DNA of 64,000 nucleotides, taken from Mobula hypostoma (taxonomy: Eukaryota). The number at the start of each line of letters is the position of its first letter. Positions within the stretch are counted from its first letter, which is position 1. The notes below the pieces were generated by a model. That model searched no databases, was not told the DNA's origin, and saw only the letters and a program-made list of their open reading frames with translations. Of this stretch, positions 1 to 13,155 are shown piece after piece. The stretch spans positions 251,722,001-251,786,000 of the forward strand of contig NC_086097.1 of the NCBI RefSeq assembly GCF_963921235.1. Direction: 5' to 3'. Made by a program: the position numbers and the translations under genes.

Positions 1-1084
1 GTGTGTAGGAAATGACATTAAACTATCTCGAATTGTGGATCTTGAATTAAAGTGGAAAATCAGCTTGATGGCTCTCATTCACCTGTATTATGGGTCCTGT
101 GAGTTAGCACTGGAGACCCTGCTGGGATTAGAAATAGGATTAGTCTAAACAGTTTAACAAAAAACCATCAAAGCTCAAGGCAATCTTTCAGCCTGTTCAA
201 CGCTCTTTATCCAAAGCTTAAAAAAAACACCACAGAAAATCCAGGCCTTCTCTTAGGCTTGTTTGATTGACATTGCGAAGTATTTAAAATCACATCTCAC
301 AAAAGAATTCAGTGCTGATGTTCTACGCATTTTCCCTCGGACATCCAATCGGGCACAGACTGGATCAACCAAGATCGAATGGTTTGGCATGAATTTTGAC
401 CAAAATGGCAAAAAAAATGTAGTGAAGTTATCAGGAGAAGTAAAGTGAAAACTTTGAAATGCTTAGTTATTCCCTATTAACTAAAATAATCTTTGTGTCC
501 ATTGCGATGGAATAAAGAATGGTTATTACCTTGTAACCACCAGGCTCCTAAAATGGCGTAGATAACTTCACTCACCTCAACACTGAATTAATTCCACAAC
601 CTATGGACTCACTTTCAAGGACTCTACAACTCACGTTCTCTGTATTACTTATTCACTTTAGTTTGCATGGGTAGGGCTATGGAGAGGTATGGTCCAGGTG
701 CAGGTTGGTGGGACTAGGCAGTTCAAATGATTTGGCATGGACTGGGGCCTGTTTCGGTGCTGTACTTTTCTATGAGTTATTCATTTATTATTCTTACTAT
801 TTGTTTTTTTTCCTGGATTTGCACAGTTTGTCTTCTTTCACACATTGGTTGTTTGTCTGTCTTTGTGTGTTGTTTTCCGTTGATTTTATTGTACTTCGTT
901 GTTCTACTGAGGATGTCTGGAAGAAAATGAAGTTTGGGGTAGTATATGGCAACACATACGTACTTCAATAATAAATTTTAAATTCCTCTATAGTAAGCTT
1001 ACTGTTCTAAGTTAATGATCACTATGCAATCACAATATTAAAATATTAATTACCAGGATTCTTTAAAAAACTGAATGTAGGTAT

Positions 1085-1360
1085 AAGACCATAAGACATC
1101 AGAGCAGAATTAAACCATTTGGCCCATCAAGTCTGCTTCACCATTTCATCATGGCTGATCCATTTCCCTCAGCCCCAGGCTCCTGCCTTCTCCTCGTATC
1201 CCTTTGTGCTCTGACTAATCAAGAACCTATCAACCTCTGCCACAAGTACACCCAGTGGTCTGGCCTCCACAGATTCACCATCCTTCGGCTAAAGAAATTC
1301 CTCCTCACTTCAGTTCTAAAAGGACCCTCTATTCTGAGGCCGTGTCCTCTGGTCTTAGAC
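1085..1360 (-). mobile_element. CR1 LINE 3' end fragment
   Basis: (ATAAGACC) tail repeats on + strand followed by reverse-complement CR1 3'UTR/ORF2 end. Confidence 0.75.
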
Positions 1361-1489
1361 ATAAGGATCAACGTGTATATGTTTAGTCAGTAAATTAGAA
1401 CAGATATCTCATAGATTTTGGTTCAAAATGAATTATAAAAAGGATTGATTTATTCTACAGAAATGTATCAAATAATTGTTAAAAATGGA

Positions 1490-2122
1490 GCAAGTTTGAC
1501 CCTGGGTGTCAATATCTCTGAGGACCTAACCCAGACACAACATACTGATGCAGCTATAAGGAAGACAAGACAGTGCTATATTTCATTAAGAATTTGAGGA
1601 AATTTGGTTTGTCAACTAAAATGCTCAAAACCTTCTACAAATGTACCGTGAGAGCATTCTGACTGGCTGCCACTCTGTCTGGTATGGGTGGGGGGAGGGA
1701 TACTGCACAAGATTGAAATGAGTTGTAGAAACTAGTAAAACTAGTCAGCTCTATCATGGGTACCAGCCACCGTAGTATCTAAGACATCTTCAAGGAGCAG
1801 TACCTTAGGAAGGCAGCATCCATCATTAAGGATCCCCACCACCCAGGACGTGCCCTCTTCACACTGTTACTGTTGGCAAGGAGGTACAGAATTCTGAAAA
1901 CACACACTCAGTGATTCAGGAACAGCTTCTTCCCCTCTGCCATCCAATTCCTAAATGGACATTGAACCCATAAACACTACCCCTCTACTTTTTATTTCTG
2001 TTATTTTGCACGACTTATTTTAATTATTTAATAGACATACGTATACTTAATGTAACTCAGTTTTTTTATTTGTCATGTATTTCATTGTACTGCTGCTGTA
2101 AAGTTAACAAATTTCATGACAT
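1490..2122 (+). mobile_element. Old Rex1/L2-type LINE 3' fragment
   Basis: Decayed LGVNISEDL, YFIKNLRKFG, KAASIIKDPHHPG, FRNSFFP motifs then AT-rich 3'UTR. Confidence 0.7.
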
Positions 2123-2124
2123 AC

Positions 2125-3605
2125 AGTATCTATGAAAAGAGTTTATAAAAGTATTCACCTTCATTGGAAGTTTACATGTTTTATTGTTTTACAACATTGA
2201 ATCACAGTGGATTTAATTTGGCTTTGTTTGATACCGATCAACAGAATCAACAGACTCCTTTGTGTAAAAATAAAAACAGATCTCTACAAAGTGATCTAAA
2301 TTAATTACAAATATAAAACACAAAATAATTGATTGCATAAGTATTCACCCCCTTCAAGTCAGTATTTAGTAGATGGACCTTTGGCAGCAATTGCTATCTT
2401 AATTCTGTGTGAATAGGTCTCTATCAGATTTACACATTAGACACTGCATTTTTTCGCCATTTTTCTTTACAAAACTGCTCAAGCTCTGTCAGAATGCATG
2501 GAGATCATGAATGAACAGCCCTTTTCAAGTCCAGCCACAAATTCTCACTGACTTGGCCACTCCAGGACATTAACTTTGTTTTTTTTTAAGCCATTCCTAT
2601 GTAGCTTTGGCTTTATGCTTGGGGTTATTGTCTTGCTAGAAAACAAATCTTCTCCCAAGTTGCAGTTCTCTTGCAGACTGCATCAGGTTTTCCTCCACGA
2701 TCTCCCTGTGTTTTACTGCATGCATTTTACCCTCTACCTTCACAAGCCTTCCAGGGCCTGCTGCAGTGAATCATCCCCACAGCACGATGCAGTCACCACC
2801 ATGCTTCATGGTAGGGATGGTGTAGTTTTGATGACATGCAGTGTTTGGCTTACACCACACATAGCATTTAATCTACTGGCCTATGAAGTATTGGCCTTCA
2901 TCAATCATGGAATTGAACTTAGGAGCCGAGAGGTAATGTTGCAGCTATATAGGACCCTGGTCAGACCCCACTTGGAGTACCGTGCTCAGTTCTGGTCACC
3001 TCACTACAGGAAGGATGTGGAAGCCATAGAAAGGGTGCAGAGGAGATTTACAAGGATGTTGCCTGGATTGGGGAGCATGCCTTATGAGAATAGGTTGAGT
3101 GAACTCGGCCTTTTCTCCTTGGAGCGACAGAGGATGAGAGGTGACCTGATAGAGGTGTACAAGATGATGAGAGGCATTGATCGTGTGGATAGTCAGAGGC
3201 CTTTTCCCAGGGCTGAAATGGTTGCCACGAGGACACAGGTTTAAGGTGCAAGGGAGTAGGTACAGAGGAGATGTCAGGGGTAAGTTTTTTACTCAGAGAG
3301 TGGTGAGCGCGTGGAATGGGCTGCCGGTAACGGTGGTGGAGGCGGATACAATAGGGTCTTTTCAGAGACTTTTGGAACTTAGAAAAATAGAGGGCTATGG
3401 GTAAGCCTAGTAATTTCTAAGCTAGGGCCATTTTCAGCACAACTTTGTGGGCCGAAGGGCCTGTATGTTTTCTATGTTTCTATGATCAGTGTCAAAAGAA
3501 TTCAAATTAAATCCACTGTGATTCAAAGTTGTAAAACAATAAATCATGAAAACTTCCAAAGGGTGGGTAGGGGGGTGGGGGGGGGGGTGAATACTTTTTA
3601 TAAGT
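2125..3605. mobile_element. Tc1/mariner-like remnant with ~100-bp terminal inverted repeats, interrupted by a CR1
   Basis: ~2140-2240 (AAAAGTATTCACC...GGAAGTTTACATGTTTTATTGTTTTACAACATTGAATCACAGTGGATTTAATTTG) is mirrored at ~3485-3605; internal repeat TAAGTATTCACCCCC near 2340. Confidence 0.7.
2880..3484 (+). mobile_element. 5'-truncated CR1 LINE inside the Tc1-like element
   Basis: LYRTLVRPHLEY...RGDLIEVYK..RVVSAWNGLP, (CTATGTTT)n tail. Confidence 0.9.
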
Positions 3606-4071
3606 GATGTTAAATCTGGTTCCGATCTTTCCTTGATGAAGTCCATGAACTGTATAGCGATCGCACAATGCTTTCTAATTCTTACTTTGTTCTGAAGTCA
3701 TACTCGAAATCAGGTTTACTATCACTGACATCTGTTGTGAAATTTGTTGCTTTGCAGCAGCGAGATAGTGCAATATATATAATATTACTGTAAGAAGATA
3801 GGAAAAAATAGTGCAAAATTAGAGCAAAATAGTGTGGTGGTGTTCATGGGTTCAACATCCATTCAGAAATGGATGGCAGAGGGGAAGAAGCTGTTCCTGA
3901 AACATTGAGTGTGTGTCTTCAGGCTCCTCATGTGTGTAGCAATGAGAAGAGGGCATGTCCTGGGTGATGGGGGTCCTTAATGGTGGATAACACCTTCTTG
4001 AGGCATCGCCTGTTGAAGGTGTCCTCGATGGCCGGAAGGCTAGTACTCATGATGGAACTGGATGAGTTTAC

Positions 4072-5370
4072 CATAAGACCATAAGACAGAGAAGTAGAAC
4101 TAGGCCATTCAGCCCATCAAGTCTACTCTGCCATTCCCCATGGCTGATTTATTATCCCTCTCAACCCCATTATACTGGCTTGTCCCCATAACCTTTGACT
4201 CCCTGACTTATCAAGAACCTATCAACCTCCACTTTAAAAATACCCAATGACTTGGCCTAATGAGGCAATGAATTCCACAAATTCACCGCCCTCTGGTGAA
4301 AGAAACTCCTCCTCGTCTCTGTATATCCTTCTATTCTGAGGCTGTGCCCTTTGGCCCTAGAGTCCCCCACGATAGGAAACATCCTTCCCACATCCACTCT
4401 CTCTGTGCCTTTCAGTGTTCAATAGGTATATGTGATATTGTTTCATGGAGCTTAAGAGAAGGAGCAAAAATAGGCCATTCGACCCATCGAGTCTGCACTG
4501 CCATTTGATCATGGCTGATTTATTATCCCTCTCAACTCCATTTTCTGCCTTCTCCCCGTAATCTTTTACGCCCTGATTAATCAAGAACCTATCGACCTCA
4601 CTTTAAATATTCTTTGAAGAAATAACAAGCAGGTTAGACAAAGGAGAATCAGTGGATGTTGTGTACTTGAATTTTCAGAAGGCCTTTGACAAGTTGTCAC
4701 ACTTGAGGCTGCTTACCAAGTTAAGAGCCCATGGTACTACAGCATAGTTAGAGCATTGGCTGATTGGTAGGAGGCAGCGAGTGTGAATAAGAGGATCCTT
4801 TTCTGGTTGGCTGCCAGTGACTAGTGACTAGGGGTCTGTTTTGGGACCAATTATTTTTACATTATATGATGGAATTGATGGCTTTGTTGCAAAGTTTGCA
4901 GACGATACAATAATAGGTGGAGGGCAGGTAGTTTTGTGGAAGTAGAGAGGCTACTGAAGGACTTAGATTAGGAGAATGGGCAAAGAAATGGCAGATAGAA
5001 TATACTGTGTTGGGGCAGGGTTGACTATTTTCTAAATGGAGCAAACATACAGAAATCTGAGCGCAAAGGGATTTCAGAGTCCTTGTGTAGGATTCTCTAA
5101 AGGTTAATTTGCAGGCTGAGTCTGTGGTGAGGAAGACAATTGCAATGCTGCATTTATTTCACGAGGACTAGAATATAAAAGCAAGGATATAATGTTGAGA
5201 CTTTATGATGCACTGGTGAGACCTCACTTGGAGTATTGTGAGCAGTTCTGGGCCAAATGGCCAAATTTTACTCCTATACCTAATGTCTTGTGGTCTTATG
5301 TACCTAATGACTTGCCCTCCACAGCCATCTGTGGCAATGAATTCCACAGATTCAACTCTTTAATGCACTT
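4072..5370. mobile_element. Cluster of nested CR1 fragments (minus 4072-4430, minus 4450-4610 resuming 5301-5355, plus-strand insert 4612-5300)
   Basis: CR1 3'UTRs in both orientations; RT motifs (DVVYLNFQKAFDK, KFADD) in the + insert. Confidence 0.75.
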
Positions 5371-5810
5371 AGAGTAATTAATATCACTAAGGAGAGAATA
5401 CTGGGGAAATTAAGGGAATTGAAAAATAAGAAATCTTTTCGATCTGCAACCCAAGGTTCTAAAAGATGCTGGTGAGGGATGGAGGATGAAATAATGATGA
5501 GATTCCAACTTTCCCCGGATTCTGGAACGCTCTGGATAATATAGCACTGATAATGATGAAATCGGTAGTTAAATTAGGAGTCCCACAGGGTACCACAGTC
5601 TGTGGACTAGTGGGCCGTTTCTTACGGAAGCAGTACATATATATTTCCATAGGGACTTCTGAACTAATCTGCTGTAAACCTTGATTGAAGGCTAAGATTA
5701 CTGGGTCATTTGATCTGGTGTTCACATAGAGCATTGTGTTTTTCCTGCCTTTTCACACTGTCGGGATAAAACAGAGGTTGGAATCATTTGGCAGCTCATC
5801 ACCACCTTCT

Positions 5811-7644
5811 GATGGTAAAAGACTGATAAAGACAAATGTAGGTCCCCTGCAAACAGAAACAGGTGAATTGATTATGGGGAGCAAGGACATGGCAGACCAA
5901 TTGAATAATTACTTTGGTTCTGTCTTCACTAAGGAGGACATAAATAATCTTCCAGAAATAGTAAGGGACAGAGGGTCCAGTGAGATGGAGGAACTGAGGG
6001 AAATACATGTTAGTAGGGAAGTGGTGTTAGGTAAATTGAAGGGATTGAAGGCAGATAAATCCCCAGGGCCAGATGGTCTGCATCCCAGAGTGCTTAAGGA
6101 AGTGGCCCAAGAAATAGTGGATGCATTAGTGATAATTTTTCAAAACTCGTTAGATTCTGGACTAGTTCCTGAGGATTGGAGGGTGGCTAATGTAACCCCA
6201 CTTTTTAAAAAAGGAGGGAGAGAGAAACCGGGGAATTATAGGCCGGTTAGCCTAACGTCGGTGGTGGGGAAACTGCTGGAGTCAGTTATCAAGGATGTGA
6301 TAACAGCACATTTGGAAAGCGGTGAAATGATCGGACAAAGTCAGCATGGATTTGTGAAAGGAAAATCATGTCTGACGAATCTCATAGAATTTTTTGAGGA
6401 TGTAACTAGTAGAGTGGATAGGGGAGAACCAGTGGATGTGGTATATTTGGATTTTCAAAAGGCTTTTGACAAGGTCCCACACAGGAGATTAGTGTGCAAA
6501 CTTAAAGCACATGGTATTGGGGGTAAGGTATTGGTGTGGGTGGAGAATTGGTTAGCAGACAGGAAGCAAAGAGTGGGAATAAACGGGACCTTTTCAGAAT
6601 GGCAGGCGGTGACTAGTGGGGTACCGCAAGGCTCAGTGCTGGGACCCCAGTTGTTTACAATATATATTAATGACTTGGATGAGGGAATTAAATGCAGCAT
6701 CTCCAAGTTTGCGGATGACACGAAGCTGGGTGGCAGTGTTAGCAGTGAGGAGGATGCTAAGAGGATGCAGGGTGACTTGGATAGGTTGGGTGAGTGGGCA
6801 AACTCATGGCAGATGCAATTTAATGTGGATAAATGTGAAGTTATCCACTTTGGTGGCAAAAATAGGAAAACAGATTATTATCTGAATGGTGGCCGATTAG
6901 GAAAAGGGGAGGTGCAACGAGACCTGGGTGTCATTATACACCAGTCATTGAAAGTGGGCATGCAGGTACAGCAGGCGGTGAAAAAGGCGAACGGTATGCT
7001 GGCATTTATAGCGAGAGGATTCGAGTACAGGAGCAGGGAGGTACTACTGCAGTTGTACAAGGCCTTGGTGAGACCACACCTGGAGTATTGTGTGCAGTTT
7101 TGGTCCCCTAATCTGAGGAAAGACATCCTTGCCATAGAGGGAGTACAAAGAAGGTTCACCAGATTGATTCCTGGGATGGCAGGTCTTTCATATGAAGAAA
7201 GACTGGATGAACTGGGCTTGTACTCGTTGGAATTTAGAAGATTGAGGGGGGATCTGATTGAAACGTATAAGATCCTAAAGGGATTGGACAGGCTAGATGC
7301 GGGAAGATTGTTCCCGATGTTGGGGAGGTCTAGAACGAGGGGTCACAGTTTGAGGATAGAGGGGAAGCCTTTTAGGACCGAGGTTAGGAAAAACTTCTTC
7401 ACACAGAGAGTGGTGAATCTGTGGAATTCTCTGCCACAGCAAACTGTTGAGGCCAGTTCATTAGCTATGTTTAAAAGGAAGTTAGATATGGCCCTTGTGG
7501 CTACAGGGGTCACGGGGTATGGAGGGAAGGCTGGGTTCTGAGTTGGATGATCAGCCATGATCATAATAAATGGCGGTGCAGGCTCGAAGGGCCGAATGGC
7601 CTACTCCTGCACCTATTTTCTATGTTTCTATGTTTCAATGTTTC
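5811..7644 (+). mobile_element. Young 5'-truncated CR1 LINE with intact RT reading frame
   Basis: ORF 5736-7541: KSPGPDGLHP, NYRPVSLTS, DFQKAFDKV, GVPQGSVLGP, KFADD; 3'UTR and (CTATGTTT)n tail; inserted in an older element (CACCACCTTCT|...|CAAGGGCAATTAGGGATGGGC). Confidence 0.95.
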
Positions 7645-7904
7645 TCAAGGGCAATTAGGGATGGGCAATAAATGCTGGTTTAGCTGGCGATGCCCACATC
7701 CTGTAAATGAATGAATAAAAGAAAAGATCACAAACGTGGCCACTTAATTAAGTAACGGAGGTACTTTATTCAGATTCAGATTCGCAGTAAGATTAATTTC
7801 TCACATGTACATCAAATCAGATCAGTATCAGAGTCAGCTTTAATATCAGAGGCCACTCAGTTTAATTTGAACATTAGTAGTCTCAGGTGCTAATGCAGCG
7901 AAAT

Positions 7905-8145
7905 TAAATTTTACTTACAGTGCGGAACAAACCCTTCGAGCAGCTATCAGCACCCACCAACTTAACTCTGGCCTGATGACGGGACAATTTTCGTTTTGGA
8001 CGATGGGAGGAAACCAGAGCATCTGGAGGCAACCCACATGCTCATGGGAAGGGATGTACAAATTTCTTCCGGAGGATGTTGGGGCTGAGCTCCAGTGCCC
8101 TGAGTTATAAAAACATTGTGCTAACCGCTACGTTATCGTGGTGTG
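7905..8145 (-). mobile_element. tRNA-derived (V-SINE/HE1-like) SINE
   Basis: Reverse complement of GGTTTCCTCCCA core and tRNA-like head. Confidence 0.55.
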
Positions 8146-8207
8146 ATCACACATTACAATGAAGTTAGATTCTAATGTCTCCCGAAAATTTGTATTTTCC
8201 TTTATTT

Positions 8208-8805
8208 CCATAAGACCACAAGACATAGCAGTAGAATCAGGCCATTCGGTCCATCAGGTCTCCTCTGTCATTTCTTCATGGCTGATTCATTTCCCTGTTA
8301 ACCCTATCCTCCTGCTTTCCCCCCATAACCTTTCACACCTGACTAATGAAGAACCGATCAACCACTGCCTTAAATATACTCAATGACTTGGCCCCCACAG
8401 CTGTCCATGGCAATGAATCCCACAGATTCACCATCCTCCGGCTAAAGAAATTGCTCCACATCTCTGTTCTAAATGGACAACCCTCTATTTTAGATCATAC
8501 CACTGGTCTAGACTCCGCCACCAAAGGAAACATCCTCTTCACATCCATTCTATCTCGCCCTTTCAACATTTGACAAGTTTCAATGAGAGGACCCTCCCTC
8601 CCCCCTTCTTCTAAATTCTGGCGAGTACAGGCCCAGAGCCATCAATTGCTGCTCATATGATAATGCTTTCATTTCCAGAATTATTCCCATGAACCTCCTC
8701 AGGACCCTTGCTAATCTTTTCTTAAATAAGGGGCCTGAAATTGCTCACAGTACTCCCAGCGAGGCCTCACCAGTGCCTTATAAAGCTCAGCACTACATCC
8801 TCGCT
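8208..8805 (-). mobile_element. CR1 3' fragment
   Basis: CATAAGAC tail; reverse LYKALVRP, NLWDSLP motifs. Confidence 0.8.
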
Positions 8806-9189
8806 TTAATTTCCTGACTGCAAGATGGTTAAATACAAATAATTTTATTTTTTGTAGTGTTTATATTCCCCATAGGCTCTGTGAGCTTCACATGCTGTAT
8901 TGAGCAATTAAATAATAATCTGCTCCTGACTTACACCCCAGCCAATCCCTTTTGCGTGATTATATTCTTGATGGCTGATTCCCAGGGAGAGGATTACAAA
9001 CCAACAGCACTCGTGACCTGGAGGGAGCAAAGCAATTTTGAAATTCAACAGCTAATAACGTTAACATGGAAAATCTTGACATAAAGGCTAGATTTAAATG
9101 CAATACAGTTTTTAAATTTTGTTTCTGAACTGATTCTTGGCAATTTTCTGATCTTGTAAGCAGACAACCCAGATTCATTTGTGTTTGCT

Positions 9190-9470
9190 GTGAGGGATGG
9201 TAGCGTAATGCTTTACAGCCTCAGCACTAGGGGTTCGATTCCCAGCACCGTCTGTAGGGACTGTGTGGGTTTCCAACAGGTGCCCTGGTTTCCTCCTATG
9301 TTCCAAAGACATATGGGTTCGTGTTGGTAAGTTGTGGGCATACTATATTGACACCACAGGGATGCCAGCCCATACGGGCTACGTCCAGCACATCCTCGCA
9401 CTGTGTTGGCCCTTGACGCAAACAACACATTTCACTGTATGCTTTGATGTGCGTGTGACAAATAAATCTC
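9190..9470 (+). mobile_element. tRNA-derived SINE (V-SINE/HE1-like)
   Basis: A-box-like TGGTAGCGTAATG, B-box GGTTCGATTCC, conserved core GGTTTCCTCC..TCCAAAGAC. Confidence 0.7.
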
Positions 9471-9523
9471 TTTCTATATATTCGTGCAGAATACAATCAC
9501 TCTATGATCCACTTAATATAAAA

Positions 9524-9810
9524 CCATAAGACATAGGAGCAGAATTATGCCATTATCCCTCTCAACCCCATTCTCCTGCCTTCTTCCTGAAACCTTTGAC
9601 ACCCTGATTAATCAGGAACCTATCAACCTCCACTTTAAATATACCCAATGACCACAGCTGTCCGTGGCAATGAATTCCACAGATTCATCATCCTCTGGCT
9701 AAAGAAATTTCTCTTCATCTCTGTTCTAAATTGACACCCTTCTATTCTGAGGCTGTGTCCTCTAGTCTTAGACTCTCCCACCATAGGAAACATCCTCTCC
9801 ACATCCTCTC
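9524..9810 (-). mobile_element. CR1 3' fragment
   Basis: CCATAAGACATAGGAGCAGAA tail and reverse ORF2 end. Confidence 0.8.
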
Positions 9811-10039
9811 ATGTATAATATGTTGTTATAATATGCTTTGAGAATAATTATTTTATGCAGGAATTCAGTCTTGGATTGAGTTTGTGTTCAGACTGACTGT
9901 GTTGTTTCCCTGCTATTAATAATGCAATGTTCAGCCACGCAGTTTCTCAGGCACCACACCACAGGAAGCAATTAATTCTGCATTGGAACCCAGGTGGGTT
10001 CTCGTAAATCTGGTAGTGTTGGTGTGATGACCTTGACTG

Positions 10040-10292
10040 TGGGGCATCACAGTAGCATAGCACTTAGCATAACACTATTACAGCTCAGGGTGTCAGAGTT
10101 CAAAGTTCAATTCCAGTGCCTTCTGTAAGCAATTTGTATGTTCCTTCCCGTGACCCAGTGGGTTTCCTCCCACAGTCCAAAGACGTGCCGGTCAGCAGGT
10201 TTACTGGTCATTGCAAACGGTCCTAGGGTTAGAACAGTGGCTCGTTGGGCTGGAAGGACCTGTTCCACACTGTATCTCTAAATAAAATAAAA
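10040..10292 (+). mobile_element. tRNA-derived SINE (V-SINE/HE1-like)
   Basis: GTTCAATTCC B-box, GGTTTCCTCCCACAGTCCAAAGAC core, (TAAA)n tail. Confidence 0.7.
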
Positions 10293-10766
10293 TTCTCTAA
10301 AGAAAGGGGAATGTGGGAGATGAGATAGCAGGGAAACTGATGGGGTGTAGTATCAAGCAGTAGAAATCAAGGCAACAGGGCTTGCTGTGTTGTCTAGAAG
10401 ATGTTTCACCACTCATCTGAGAGGCTTCTGTGAGTTGTCTAAAGATATAGCAATGACATGAGGGTCGATAAGAGTCATAGAGGTAATGAAAGGGTCATTA
10501 GTCTTATCTTTGCATGAATGGAGATGTGAACTGTTGTGAAGACGCTGGGGTAGAGATGTTAGGACTGAATTGTAAGTAGCTGATCGGTGGTGTCATACCC
10601 ACCCACTCTGTTCAGGGATGGGTTTTCCAGTTTGACAAGGATGCCTTCTTTAACCCCTCGTTCAAACCACCTGTCCTCCCTGTCCAAAATGTGCACATTG
10701 TTGTGTTCAAAGGAGTGCCCCTTGTCCTTTAGGTGTACATATACAGCCAAGTCTTGACCTGAGGTG

Positions 10767-11884
10767 TTAGATTATGAGAACACTCAGTCCTCTTTTATTG
10801 TCATTTAGAAATGCATAAATGCATACATGACCCTTCCAATAAATTTGAAAAAACTTAGAGGCCATTTATTCAGCATTTTCATTTGATGTAAGTTGACCAT
10901 TTCCAATCTTGTTTTATCTCTCTGTACTGCTGGTTGAGAGGAGCGGAGTCGTCGACACTGAGGTTTTCTTCTTCCCCATTTTTAAGTTGTTAGTACTGCC
11001 CAAGTCTTTAGTTTAGTTGACTAATTCTGTTTAGTTTAGTTTTTTTTGGGAATAGGGTTTTTTTTCTTTTTCATGTTTTTTTTCAGGTTTTTTTTGCTTT
11101 GTATTATTCATTCCTATTCTACACGATTGGGAGTCTTGTCAATTTATACTATTTGGTCTTATAATGATTTATTTTAACTGTAACAATGTATCTCCTACTA
11201 TTTGTAATATTGTTATGTTATGTTTTCATTCTATGAAATTAATAAAAAGATTGAAAAAGAAAGAAATGATACAATGTTCCTCCAGAATGATATCACTGAA
11301 AAACAGGACAAACCAAAGACTAACACTGACAGAACCACATAATTATAACATATAGTTACAGCAGTGCAAAGTAATACCATAATTTGATAAAGAACAGACC
11401 ATGGGCACGGTAAAAAAAAGTCTCAAGTCCCGATCGACTCCCGAGTCCCCGATAACAGGTGGCAAAAGGGAGAAACTCCCTGCCATAAACCTCCAGGGCA
11501 CCGACAACTGCCGATGCATTGGAAGCACCCGACCACAGCCGACACTGAGTCCGTCCATTCGAAAACTTCGAGCCTCCGACCAGCCCCTCCAATACAGCCT
11601 CCCAAGCGCCATCCTCTGCCGAGCGCTTTCGACCTCGCCCTGGCTGCTGAAACAAGCAAAGCCGAGGATTTCGGGGCCTTCAGCTCCAGAGATTCTGGTT
11701 ACCACACAGTAGCAGCGACAGCGAAGCAGGCATTTCAGAAGTTTTCCAGATGTTCCTCCGTGCTCTCACATCTGTCTCCATCAAATCAGAATTGTGCACG
11801 GTCCCCTACTTGATAGATTACAGATATTCATCACCGGAGAGGCCGCGCGTGCTGCATTGCGCAGCCATCTTCTCCTCCTCTTCC
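10767..11884 (-). mobile_element. Non-coding retroposon copy 1 (GGAGAAGATGGC start, (ATCTA)n tail), interrupted by L1
   Basis: Aligns with copies at 25808, 44103 and 54308; pieces 10767-10829 and 11261-11884. Confidence 0.85.
10830..11260 (+). mobile_element. L1-type LINE 3' end
   Basis: ORF2 end DPSNKFEKT*RPFIQHF, T-rich 3'UTR, AATAAAAAGATTGAAAAAGAAAGAAA tail. Confidence 0.7.
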
Positions 11885-12226
11885 TTAGCCGTCCTCTGTT
11901 GGGGCATCCATTTGTGAAGTGGGTATTTTGTCTCGCTGATAAAGATTTGTGTATTGCATTGGATCGCATATACAATATTGCTCTGTTTATGTATTGGTGT
12001 AGGACCCTTGGGTCGATGAGTTTCTGACTGAGTGTGTTTGTAGATTTGGAAAATACAGGGGCTTGGTGTTTCTCTGAAACTCCAGCTACATATGGGGTGA
12101 CTGTGTTTTTCTCCCTGCTTTGCTCCTTACCTCTGTCTTGTTGCCTTGATTTACGACTACTTGATATACAATAAGCTGGATGACTGAGATCCTTCATAGA
12201 CAGACTACAGTTTTTGCGTGACCTCA

Positions 12227-12436
12227 CAATACGCTGGAGGAACTCAGCAGGTCGGGCAGCATCAGTGGAAACGATGAGTCGACGTTTCGGGCTGGAACCC
12301 TTTGTCAGGACTGAAGAAAGAAGGTGGGGGAGGGTTGGAAGAAGGCTCGTAGTTTCAGTTGAAAAACCAGTAATTTGAGAGACAAAGGGGTGGGGGAGAG
12401 GAAGCAGGGACATGATAGGCAGGAAAACAATGGGTA
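12227..12436 (-). mobile_element. Penelope pLTR-derived short insertion with hammerhead-like motif (core mutated CTGACAA)
   Basis: Reverse of CAGTCCTGACAAAGGGTTCCAGCCCGAAACGTCGAC; 9-bp TSD GTGACCTCA at 12218-12226 and 12437-12445. Confidence 0.75.
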
Positions 12437-12589
12437 GTGACCTCAGTTGCTGACTCTACACATTATTTCTCTGACTGTCTGCCCATCCTCAGCTGCTCTG
12501 CTCTCCAATCACATATGGATTGCTAGGTTCGTTGGGTGGGGGGTTAAATCAGATGGCAATGACCCTGAGAATACTCTTCCACCGGTGTT

Positions 12590-13155
12590 TCAATTTAAAC
12601 AACCTCCCTCAGAAGATCATTGACAGGTCAGCTTTCTGAACTACGCTTCTGAACTGTGGAATTCAATACCTAAAGGATTGCAGACTCAATTGACACTTTT
12701 AAACACCAGCGCAAAACCTATTTATTTAACCTTGCTTTTAACTGATATCTTTTTGTCTTTTATTTTGGATGAGGGGGTTCTCACTGAAACCTTTCAAATA
12801 TTAAAGGCCTAGACAGAGCAGATGTGGAAAAGATGTTTTCCATGGTGGAGGAGTCTAGGACAAGAGGGCACAGCCTCAGGATAGAGGGGCGTCCATTTAA
12901 AACAGAGATGCAGAGGAATTTCCTAGCCAGAGGGTGGTGAATTTGTGGAACTGATTACCACAAGATTATTTAAGGCAGAACTTGATAGGTTCTTGATTGG
13001 ACATGGCATCAAAGGTTATGGGGAAAAGGCCGGGAAGTGGGGCTGAGGAGAGGAAAAAGGATCAGCCATGATTGAAGGGCAGAGCAGACTTGATGGACCA
13101 GTGACCTAATTCTGCTCCAATGTCTCCATCATCTGCATGGAAAGTGCTCTATAAA
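12590..13155 (+). mobile_element. L2 3' fragment interrupted by CR1 (~12765-13125)
   Basis: LWNSIP..DTFKHQRKTYLFNLAF end; tail AAAGTGCTCTATAAATA; same family on - strand at ~37720-37960. Confidence 0.65.

Larger units (their letters stand above)
10350..12200 (-). mobile_element. Penelope-like element (GIY-YIG endonuclease end) with inverted partial pLTR, split by nested insertions
   Basis: 11885-12110 (-): PYVAGVSEK..NIVYAIQC..FISETKYPLHKWM..; 10560-10770 (-): NTSGQDLAVYVHLKDKGHSFEHNNVHILDREDRWFERGVKE..LENPSLNR; TATCAAG.AGT...AATCAAGGCAACA at ~10351 is mirrored at ~12140-12170. Confidence 0.85.

Noticed and set aside
263..448. 61-aa ORF in unique sequence
   Set aside because: TTG start, no splice signals or domain recognised.
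2576..3244. 222-aa ORF
   Set aside because: Chance fusion of Tc1-like remnant sequence to a CR1 fragment; TTG start.
5736..7541. 601-aa RT ORF as an autonomous element or domesticated gene
   Set aside because: 5'-truncated: no ORF1 or endonuclease, first ~25 codons are flanking DNA; same applies to 31066-32985 and 44219-46291.
8857..9084. Possible extra cadherin exon after a T-rich AG
   Set aside because: Translation has no cadherin motif and I saw no convincing donor.
9190..9260. tRNA gene
   Set aside because: A/B boxes belong to a SINE head; no cloverleaf, followed by SINE core.
11343..11813. Overlapping ORFs in the non-coding retroposon (also 26032-26355, 46449-46892, 54458-54775)
   Set aside because: Frames and lengths differ between copies owing to indels; no recognisable domain.
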